Assembly: GCA_029261035.1 (NCBI GenBank)
Contig: JAJDCD010000025.1
Coordinates: 66,926 to 130,925 of the forward strand
Length of the DNA stretch: 64,000 nt
Direction of reading: 5' to 3'
Origin: Candidatus Omnitrophota bacterium
GTDB lineage: Bacteria > Omnitrophota > Omnitrophia > Omnitrophales > JACROU01
Shown: one piece after another, positions 56,488 through 64,000 of the stretch
Numbering within the stretch: position 1 is the stretch's first letter
How the letters are laid out: every line of letters begins with the position of its first letter
Program-made: the position numbers and the translations under genes
Notes under the pieces: model-generated
What the model saw: the letters and a program-made list of their open reading frames with translations, nothing else
Told to the model about the DNA's origin: nothing
The model's database searches: none

Positions 56488-56560
56488 TAAGTTAAACAAA
56501 AAGAACAATTATAGGCTAATGGGTGAAGTGTGAAGCACTCTATACACTTGCCCATACTGT

Positions 56561-56599
56561 GTCATTGCGAGGCATTGGTAATGAAGCCGTGGCAATCTC
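56561..56599. repeat. Solo copy of the gtcattgcgag...gccgtggcaatctc 42-nt element
   Basis: The sequence is gtcattgcgaggcattggtaatgaagccgtggcaatctc. It is the same family as the GIY-YIG inverted repeats. Confidence 0.5.
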
Positions 56600-56608
56600 T
56601 ATCTCTGA

Positions 56609-57214
56609 CTATTTTTCCTTCAATATTTTCTTATGAATTTCCAGCAAAGGTTGGATATTACCTTGATCTGCTTCTTTTAATGCTGCTAGATAGGTCTTTC
56701 TAAAGGTCTTTTCGATGAACAGTTCATCCTCAGGCCATTCCAAGTAAGCTCCCAATTCACCTTTTAAGTAAAGGTTGGTAATTAATCGAGCCCACCTTCC
56801 ATTCCCATTACTAAAAGGATGAATCCAAACAAGTCGGTGATGCAAAAGAGCAGAAATCTCTATAGCATCTCTACCCTTCTCAACCCAATAAGAAAAATCC
56901 TCTTCTAGCTTTTTAAGTTCCGTAGAAATCTTATAAGGTTCAACACCCACATTAAACCCTACACTTCTAACTTTCCCTGCCCAATTCCAAACATCACAAA
57001 ACATATCTTTATGAACCCTCAAGAAAAAATGCATATCATATTTAACAGCTTCTTTAGAACTCAGGTTTAAATAATACTTCGTCAATGCTTTATTGATATT
57101 AATAAACTCAGCTTCAAACAGCTCCTCCCTTGTTGATAAATCTTGCTTTAGCCCAGAAATATCATCCAAAGGCGTCGCTCCTAATGGAGTTGATTGACTT
57201 AATTTTCTCGCCAT
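56609..57214 (-). CDS. Fic/Doc-family protein (Fido fold, candidate AMPylator)
   Basis: 201 aa. Fic motif IHPFSNGNGRWARLITN. Its start overlaps the upstream HTH gene by 16 nt. The pair resembles the HTH plus Fic pairs found on mobile elements. Confidence 0.75.
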   Translation of the reverse strand: MARKLSQSTPLGATPLDDISGLKQDLSTREELFEAEFININKALTKYYLNLSSKEAVKYDMHFFLRVHKDMFCDVWNWAGKVRSVGFNVGVEPYKISTELKKLEEDFSYWVEKGRDAIEISALLHHRLVWIHPFSNGNGRWARLITNLYLKGELGAYLEWPEDELFIEKTFRKTYLAALKEADQGNIQPLLEIHKKILKEK

Positions 57215-57690
57215 AAAACATCTCGATGCTTTGTCATAATTTGTTTTTTTAACTCTTCTACCTGTTCTTCAATTAAATCAGATGGAGGCTTCTGAGATTC
57301 CATAGCAGCATTCGCAACAGAAAGCTCTATAATCTCTCTCGCTTTCTCCTCCGCTTTTTTATCTATAAATGCAGCAATATCTTCTTTGGGAACAAGTTGA
57401 ATTAACAGCTCACAATTCAAACCTTCTGCAATTTTTTTTAACGTAGAAAGTCTCGGATCCACAGACTCATTCTCCACACGAGATAACATCATCTGCTCTC
57501 CATGAACTCGCTTAGCTAATTGCACCTGAGTCATTCCAAGTGCCTTTCTCATCAACTTCAACTGCCGACTCACAGCCTGCCTCAACGCAAGCCACTGCGG
57601 CAACTCCCCAACCGTATGGTACTTTCCACTAAATCGAACTAACTCTCTCTTGGTTTTCATATCTCTCACCTCTATATAATTATAATACAT
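57199..57690 (-). CDS. XRE-family helix-turn-helix protein, a putative regulator or antitoxin partner of the Fic protein
   Basis: 163 aa. HTH segment LRKALGMTQVQLAKRVHGEQMMLSRVE. It overlaps the fic start. An AT-rich promoter-like tract lies upstream at 57676-57730. Confidence 0.65.
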   Translation of the reverse strand: MYYNYIEVRDMKTKRELVRFSGKYHTVGELPQWLALRQAVSRQLKLMRKALGMTQVQLAKRVHGEQMMLSRVENESVDPRLSTLKKIAEGLNCELLIQLVPKEDIAAFIDKKAEEKAREIIELSVANAAMESQKPPSDLIEEQVEELKKQIMTKHRDVLWREN

Positions 57691-57842
57691 ATATGATATA
57701 TTTCAATATATATTTATATATTTTAATACTTCCCATATGGGCCCGGGCCTGAATGAGGAGGGCCTGAACGAGGTGCTAAATAGAAGAAAAGGTCATTGAG
57801 AGGCTTTAACAAAAGAGCCGCGGCAATCTCGGGGAATTGGAT

Positions 57843-57894
57843 AAAGGGGACAGGCAACTTTTCTATTTGTTAAAAAAAGTAGCCTGTCCCCTTT
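57843..57894 (-). terminator. 13-bp-stem hairpin immediately after the stop codon of giant gene 2
   Basis: The stem is aaaggggacaggc / gcctgtccccttt. The 27-nt loop contains a T-run. The hairpin overlaps the TAA at 57893-95. Confidence 0.35.
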
Positions 57895-60800
57895 ACGCTG
57901 CCGCCGCTACAAGCTCTTCAGCTTGGAACTGGGCATACACCTTATTTAATAGGGTTGTAATGAAACTGGCCCCAATAACCCATTCTTGACCATCAGGCTT
58001 GAAGCCGGCTTTGAGAAAAAGCTCCTCTCGAAGATCAGGGTAATTGGCTAATTGACGTAAGAGGGCTACGACCTGGACAGGATCTACTCCATTACCTGAC
58101 AACACTTCTAAGTCAAGACGTACTCGATCTCCGTTACTGAAAATCATCTGGAATACATTTTCGTTTGGACTCACCCAAATACCTGGCACCTCATATTTTC
58201 TTAATGAAGCTCTAAAAATTTCTGGATTCAAAAGCTCTCGACGCACATCTTTAAGTTTAAATTGTTTTCCAGGTAACTTATATAGAGCTTGAAGAAACTC
58301 CGGCTTACCTCTCCCCTCCCACGTTACCATCAACAAATCTTTTTTCTGCATCATGCTATTAAACTGAGATGCACTTCTTTCAGGGTCGTCCACATGACTT
58401 AAAATGATGTCATCCACGATCAGTGGAATGGGTTTATTGACTTCAGCTTCTAGCAACCCCGAAACTTCCAAAGATAAATATTGAGTCATCACCTCTAAGG
58501 ATTGATTAAAATCTATAATACGAGGATCTATGATTCGATCTACTGTATCTTCCAAAACTCCCATACGAATAAGTAAACTTTTAATAACCTCTAATGGAGA
58601 ATTTGGCATAAATAAGATTTGCCCTGCAAAGGCTTGAGCAACTTGAATCATTCCTTCAACCGAAACATCTCGCGCTTTAATTTGAGTTAAAGCAGGTTCT
58701 GCTCCCAAACTCTGCGCTTCAGCTCTGAGCCATTCTTCTTCCGGACCACTCAGTTCGTTCGCCTCATCTCCAGACTCTCGTTTCCATAATTCTGATAAAG
58801 TTTTTAACTGGTTTATAACTAAATCAAATCCTATACCTTCCTCTTTTTCTAGAATCATCAAAACCTCTTCCCCTCTTTTTGCTTTGATTAAATTTGCTCC
58901 ATATTTACCCTCAATAAACCATCTTAAAAAATTATTTTGAAAATCAACTTTTTTACTAATATCCTTCTCAGCTAACAACGTATCAAAAATAACAGAAAAA
59001 GCTTTTTCAATTCTTTCCAACTGTTTTAGTTTTTTATTTTCATCTAATACTGAAGGCATAGCTAAGAAAAGAAAAACCACTAAGGGTAAATAGCGCTTTT
59101 CTTCTTTGGCCAACCTTATAATTTGATCTCTCAAAAATGAGTCTGTTGCATATCCAAATTGAACCATCTCAGATAGATGGGAAAACACCTTAGGCAAAGG
59201 ATCATCCACATAAGGAACATAAAAACGATATATCAGAATTATAAACTCAATATTAAATATAGGGTGACGAACACCCATTTGTTCTTCTAATAAGATTTGA
59301 TTCCATATATGAATAGCTCCGGATAAACGTCTAGCTCTAACATTGGTCAACAACTCCTTTAAACCATCAAGTAATTCGTCCAAAGAAATGGTCACACGTC
59401 GTTTTGAAATGCTTGTAACCATTTCTTGTATTGCTTTGATAGAGTTTCTTGACAAATCTTTATCATGTTCAGCTATAAACTTCTGCCAAATTCTAAAAGT
59501 GTTAATATCATGAATGAATTTATACTCAAATAATACTTCTAAAAGCCTTAGTATTTCTTCCCCTCTAAAAAAGGTCTCAAATCCAAAAATTTTGGACTCA
59601 GCATCTGGTTTAAAAAATGCTCGTTGAAATTTTTCATCCAGTTTTGTTGACGGGCCTATTATCTGAGTCAAAGAAGAATTATCATACTTTTGTCTTATAT
59701 TCGAGTACGCCCCTAAACTCTGCGCATCCACTCTTAACCACTCAGGTTCCTCTCCTTCTGACTCAATACTTTCGAACGGCCCTTCTTTTCCCCAAACATC
59801 TGCTATTTGCCTTAGCTGTTCTAAAACTTTTTCCTCTCCAACAGCATCTTTTCTTCTTATAATCTCTAAAACCTCCTCCGTTCTAAACATTCCGTTAGAA
59901 CTTACTGTTAATCGTTCCCATACATCTAATCCTAATCTAGGCTCCTCCATACTCTCCATAAAAATCAAATATTCCATTAGAAAATTCGGATCTAATACTC
60001 GGCCACTCCTTTCCACCTGTTCAAGAAAACTACCAACAACTTCAAAAGAAGAAGAAATTGTAAAAATGTCATTCATTTCTACCACCTTACTGAGCCTTTC
60101 CCAGAGATCAGAATGGAGAACATCCTTATCTATCAATTCTTTTTTTATCAAAAAACCTAGGGTTCTTAACAGAGTAAAAGTACTTGTAAAAGAATCCTTG
60201 TTCAAATGAGCAAACCTAAATAATAAATTAATATCCAAAACTTGTTCATCAGCTCTCCCTGACTTCACAGCCACCCCCAACTCTACAAGCTGCTCAAAAC
60301 TGCCCATCTCCCGCAAATCATAATATTGAGCCATTATAATGAACAGTTCCTCATTCCATAATTTTTCTGGAATCCTCTCCTCTGCTATGCCGGTTTCCAT
60401 CCGTAACAAATCCTCTATAAGAGGTTGTATTTCCTTTGAATTCACCTGAACAAGCGCTTCCAAAAAATCTAAATTAAATCTTTCTATCCTTCGTCTTTTC
60501 TCTAGCAGGGAGTCTCCTAACTGTTCGATAGCTTGAAAAGACGTGATTCTATTATCCCTACTCCCTTTACTAACTATTTCAAAAATTCTTTCTATTTTTT
60601 CTAATTCACTTACATCTTTAAAAATTTCTGTTAAAACGATAAATGCCTCCATAGCCGCTTCTTCATCTTCAAGCACTTCAACTAACCCAGAAAAGTCCTG
60701 CTCAAACGCTTCCCACTCCATGTCCAGCCCCTCTAAAAGACCAGCCTCTTCATATCTATCACGAGCTCCTAAACTTTTTGCAGAAATGATGACGGGTGCC

Positions 60801-63800
60801 ACATCAATCAATCTCTCAACTATCCCATCTACTTCTTCCTGAGGGGCTGTAATCATTCTTAACGCTTCAACGGCTCTCGTCTTTAGGTCTGAGCGTATTT
60901 CATTTAAATTTCCGGTTTGACGATTTCTTTGGGTCCATCCAACAACATCGTTTAAGTTGGCTTCTAGATCTTTTTTTGTTTCATCACTCATTTCGTAGAA
61001 TACGTCTGGTGCATCAATCACAAAGCTGCGTCCAAACTCAGCGAAGGCGGATGTGTTTGTGAAGTGAGGAAAAGGAGTTCCTTGCACACGATCTGCAATG
61101 AACACCGTCATTTTAGAGGATTCAATGACAATTCCCGTCCCTACACCATCATCAATCGTAGAAATTTTAAAAGGTCCAACCTTTTTCCACTCTTTTCGCT
61201 TAGCTCTTTCGATTGGAAAATCGGTGCGCACCACATGGGAATGAATTTGGGCTTGGCTCGCTCCTCCCCGTGGAGGGTCTGCAATGTCTTGGTAGTGCCA
61301 GCCATTCATTGCCATTTTAAAACCATTTTGACCAAACTCTTCTTTGGGAATCATCAAGACATTAAAAGAATTTCCTTTTTCTGAAATCAGCTGTGTCGTC
61401 TTCGCAATAAGTGCGGCTAACTGCTGGTCTTCAACAGAGTCAGTTTGTATGACATTACTATTGGTATTCAATTCGTTTACGGCTGTAATAGCGTCCCGTA
61501 TATGTGTTTGTTGATTCCACTCTTTTTGATGAACAACATCGTCTGCTCTAGAAAAAGTCATATGGTACGGTTGGTCTTCGTCATACAAACCTTCTCTTAG
61601 TGGCCAAATGGCATAAGGATTAAACGCAAACCACCATCGATTCCCACTAGGACCCTCCCATCGAAGTCTAAATTGTTTTTCATTTGCTTTCATTCGTTCG
61701 GGGTAAAGCACTTTCATGACAGGTGTGTCTTCGTTGATTTTTTCTTTTTTAACTCCGGTTCGATTGGGTCTTTTTGCTCGTGCCACATTCTGCACAAAAA
61801 TAAACTCTGGATCCTCCTCTAACCCTACAGGCAATCCCCCTAGATAGGTTTTAGGAGATTCTTCTTCTGGAAAATAAAGTGCGTATTCCACTGTGTTTCC
61901 ATCTTCCATAATTTTTAAAAAATCTCTTCTTGATTTATCCATTTGTAAATTTAAAAAAGCTCTAACAGCATCCGACAAATACTGGAAATAATTTGCCCTT
62001 AATTCCGGCTCTCCTGGAACAAAAGGACTAACCGACTGCACTCTTAATGAAGCGTTCTGTCTAAGCGCTTCAAACGCTAGTACAATGTTTTTAATAATAA
62101 AATTGCTATTACTAACAGGAGCTCCCAGCGAAGCCGCTGAACTCAAATAATCATTACTAAAATCAATAGGAGCTGGTGTTGCAAGCGTTAACGCCACAAC
62201 AGCTTCTAACACTCTTTGTTTTCTATCTTTAGAATACCTCGAATGCATCCCACTTAAATCCAAAGATAAAGGCGCTCCTATGTTCGATTCGGAGATTTTA
62301 TTTAAAGTAGGAATAATTGATTTCAAATAAAGGTTACGACTATAATCAAAAGCTTCTATTTGTGGAGAGAGCGAGACAACGGAATACCCTTTCTTGCCAA
62401 GCAAGTCTTGAACCCCTTCACTATGAAAACCTCCTGTTATCAAAATTCCCCTATCCTCTTTTCTTGTTTTCATATGTTTAAGCATTCGTTGAACAAACTC
62501 ATTCTCTCTTTTCTCTGCCAAAACATAGAACTGGTGTGCTTTTTTGAAGAGAAGCATCATGGATTCCGTAGATTTAAAAAACGTCTTTTCTTGCAATAAT
62601 TTTTGAACATCTAATTGTAGCTGGAGTGGTACAGGACGAAGGCTTTCTTTGAAGAGCGTCGTATATTCTTCTCTATTTAATTCCAAAATCAAAAATCGTT
62701 TTAGAGAAAGGTAGAGTTGGTTCAGTTGCATGATATTCTTTTCTTCTGCTGTGCTGGTCAATTGAGCCGCTAGCATGTTTTCTAATAACCTAAGCTCTTC
62801 AAACAAACCTTGTGAATTAATTTCGGATTCGAGAATCTGATACTGAACCCATCGTGAAAAAGCCTCTAATTTAGGTGTTTCAACCCCTTTTTCCATAAGC
62901 TGCTCTACAACTTCTTCAAATAAAAACCGTGGGAACTTGATCTCACTCTCTACCCCTTCTCTCATACGATTAAGCCAAGTCTCAAATTGGGAATACAGTG
63001 ACGCACTTAAGTGAGGTTGAATACTTTCTAAAAACTGATTTGATTCTTTAAATGCTAAACTGAAATTAACTTTAGATTCGATAGACTTCATCGAAAACAA
63101 TCGAACAAGGTTAGGGTAATCTAATTGGTGGACGGGATCATCAAAGTTAATTTGAAGTGCTTTTTGACTGTACTTCTTTAAAGTTTCCAAATAAGAATAA
63201 AGGTAATCTGAATCTTTATGATACTTACGCCATTCCTTTACATAAAGTTTAAGTTCATTAGAAAAATAACGATTTTCTAATTGCATTAGTTTTATTTCCA
63301 CATCCTTCATCCATTCGGATGACATGGATTGGTTTTCTATCACATATTGAAACAACTGAAGGTCCTCATTGTAAATTTGAGAATCTTCAACTCCAAAAGC
63401 TTCAATGGGCTGAGCATTTTCTTGAGAAAGCAAAAACATCTCTGCGCCTGTAACAACTCCTTCCTGCATGAGTTGATCCGCCACTTCTAAATTAAATTTT
63501 TTATTCGGAGAAAAATGAAACAAGGAGGGATCTAACTTCTCTGTCCCTGCCTCTAAATACAACGTGGAGACTTCTTGAGACTCCGTAAGGACTTGCACCA
63601 TTTTTTCTATTTGTTTTTGCGCTTGATAATTACTGTGGACATCTTGGATATGAAAAACAATACCTTTGGGTTTGTCTGGCACATTAGAATAAGTCACCCT
63701 TCCTAACTCGGGTGGCATCACATCAGAAAAAAGAGAGGTTGTGGAAGAAGTTTGACGTAGAACTTCTCTAGGTTGCGGTGCTTGCGCCCACAAACAGCTG

Positions 63801-63853
63801 TTGAACGTAAATACAACTGCTACTATAAGTGTAGTCAGCTTATTAAAATTCAA
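57893..63853 (-). CDS. Giant secreted modular protein of 1986 aa, a paralog of the 4668-aa protein. It shares the N-terminal domain and has four A-x-S-L-G module boundaries.
   Basis: The TTG start has the same nucleotide context as its paralog. The signal peptide is MNFNKLTTLIVAVVFTFNSCLWAQA. Shared motifs include HIQDVHSNYQAQK and ILITGGFHSEG. Confidence 0.85.
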   Translation of the reverse strand: MNFNKLTTLIVAVVFTFNSCLWAQAPQPREVLRQTSSTTSLFSDVMPPELGRVTYSNVPDKPKGIVFHIQDVHSNYQAQKQIEKMVQVLTESQEVSTLYLEAGTEKLDPSLFHFSPNKKFNLEVADQLMQEGVVTGAEMFLLSQENAQPIEAFGVEDSQIYNEDLQLFQYVIENQSMSSEWMKDVEIKLMQLENRYFSNELKLYVKEWRKYHKDSDYLYSYLETLKKYSQKALQINFDDPVHQLDYPNLVRLFSMKSIESKVNFSLAFKESNQFLESIQPHLSASLYSQFETWLNRMREGVESEIKFPRFLFEEVVEQLMEKGVETPKLEAFSRWVQYQILESEINSQGLFEELRLLENMLAAQLTSTAEEKNIMQLNQLYLSLKRFLILELNREEYTTLFKESLRPVPLQLQLDVQKLLQEKTFFKSTESMMLLFKKAHQFYVLAEKRENEFVQRMLKHMKTRKEDRGILITGGFHSEGVQDLLGKKGYSVVSLSPQIEAFDYSRNLYLKSIIPTLNKISESNIGAPLSLDLSGMHSRYSKDRKQRVLEAVVALTLATPAPIDFSNDYLSSAASLGAPVSNSNFIIKNIVLAFEALRQNASLRVQSVSPFVPGEPELRANYFQYLSDAVRAFLNLQMDKSRRDFLKIMEDGNTVEYALYFPEEESPKTYLGGLPVGLEEDPEFIFVQNVARAKRPNRTGVKKEKINEDTPVMKVLYPERMKANEKQFRLRWEGPSGNRWWFAFNPYAIWPLREGLYDEDQPYHMTFSRADDVVHQKEWNQQTHIRDAITAVNELNTNSNVIQTDSVEDQQLAALIAKTTQLISEKGNSFNVLMIPKEEFGQNGFKMAMNGWHYQDIADPPRGGASQAQIHSHVVRTDFPIERAKRKEWKKVGPFKISTIDDGVGTGIVIESSKMTVFIADRVQGTPFPHFTNTSAFAEFGRSFVIDAPDVFYEMSDETKKDLEANLNDVVGWTQRNRQTGNLNEIRSDLKTRAVEALRMITAPQEEVDGIVERLIDVAPVIISAKSLGARDRYEEAGLLEGLDMEWEAFEQDFSGLVEVLEDEEAAMEAFIVLTEIFKDVSELEKIERIFEIVSKGSRDNRITSFQAIEQLGDSLLEKRRRIERFNLDFLEALVQVNSKEIQPLIEDLLRMETGIAEERIPEKLWNEELFIIMAQYYDLREMGSFEQLVELGVAVKSGRADEQVLDINLLFRFAHLNKDSFTSTFTLLRTLGFLIKKELIDKDVLHSDLWERLSKVVEMNDIFTISSSFEVVGSFLEQVERSGRVLDPNFLMEYLIFMESMEEPRLGLDVWERLTVSSNGMFRTEEVLEIIRRKDAVGEEKVLEQLRQIADVWGKEGPFESIESEGEEPEWLRVDAQSLGAYSNIRQKYDNSSLTQIIGPSTKLDEKFQRAFFKPDAESKIFGFETFFRGEEILRLLEVLFEYKFIHDINTFRIWQKFIAEHDKDLSRNSIKAIQEMVTSISKRRVTISLDELLDGLKELLTNVRARRLSGAIHIWNQILLEEQMGVRHPIFNIEFIILIYRFYVPYVDDPLPKVFSHLSEMVQFGYATDSFLRDQIIRLAKEEKRYLPLVVFLFLAMPSVLDENKKLKQLERIEKAFSVIFDTLLAEKDISKKVDFQNNFLRWFIEGKYGANLIKAKRGEEVLMILEKEEGIGFDLVINQLKTLSELWKRESGDEANELSGPEEEWLRAEAQSLGAEPALTQIKARDVSVEGMIQVAQAFAGQILFMPNSPLEVIKSLLIRMGVLEDTVDRIIDPRIIDFNQSLEVMTQYLSLEVSGLLEAEVNKPIPLIVDDIILSHVDDPERSASQFNSMMQKKDLLMVTWEGRGKPEFLQALYKLPGKQFKLKDVRRELLNPEIFRASLRKYEVPGIWVSPNENVFQMIFSNGDRVRLDLEVLSGNGVDPVQVVALLRQLANYPDLREELFLKAGFKPDGQEWVIGASFITTLLNKVYAQFQAEELVAAAA

Positions 63854-63940
63854 TAGAACGCCCCATATTTAATAGTTTTATAAACAATTTAACTATATCA
63901 CATTTAAACAATGCCTTCAAAGTGGTAAAGGGAACCTCTT

Positions 63941-63973
63941 GTCATTCCCGAAATCTTTTATCGGGAATCCATG
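63941..63973. repeat. Hairpin repeat of the gtcattcccga-N8-tcgggaatccatg family, copy 2, upstream of giant gene 2
   Basis: The sequence is gtcattcccgaaatcttttatcgggaatccatg. The stems match those at 26190-26223 and the loop differs. Confidence 0.5.
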
Positions 63974-64000
63974 ACAAATTGAATATCTCTCTTCTTTAAT

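Noticed and set aside
1-64000. CRISPR arrays, tRNA, rRNA, integron attC sites
   Set aside because: There are no regularly spaced direct repeats with unique spacers. No intergenic gap contains a tRNA-like T-arm or anticodon structure. There are no rRNA-like segments. The hairpin repeats are dispersed, not arrayed.

Overview
This 64-kb window is AT-rich (about 36-40 % GC by eye) and comes from an LPS-producing, Gram-negative-type bacterium. I cannot place the lineage. Lysine-rich histone-H1-like tails on several proteins and a eukaryote-like leucine-rich-repeat (LRR) block are consistent with a PVC-group or candidate-phylum organism, but this is a guess. Every gene I can support, about 45, lies on the minus strand. 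Reading down the coordinates the window holds: (i) an LPS/lipid-A cluster with five tandem GT9 heptosyltransferase paralogs, GT4 glycosyltransferases, a GT4-GT9 fusion, an LpxL-ELM1-like fusion, lpxK and waaA; (ii) xerC/D, thiS, a Lys-rich small protein, an RDD membrane protein and dprA; (iii) the shikimate genes aroC-aroK-aroB and aroE, with pilD between them; (iv) leuA, ilvC, ilvH and ilvB, with internal terminator-like hairpins and an ilvH carrying a 45-aa histone-like tail; (v) a glycogen debranching enzyme; (vi) a 4668-aa giant secreted multi-module protein; (vii) uvrB, nadC, rluB and valS; (viii) a 95-aa GIY-YIG nuclease gene bracketed by 42-bp inverted repeats, a candidate miniature mobile element; (ix) cimA, aspartate kinase, an apgM-like gene in the thrB position, thrC and hom; (x) an overlapping HTH-Fic pair; (xi) a second giant paralog of 1986 aa. 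The most unusual content is the pair of giant paralogs. They share TTG starts in a conserved nucleotide context, a signal peptide, a roughly 500-aa N-terminal domain I do not recognise, and modules punctuated by a recurring A-x-S-L-G signature. The window also has a dense set of mosaic intergenic hairpin repeats, one of which has a GC-rich conserved core and covarying stems. I found no rRNA, tRNA or CRISPR.
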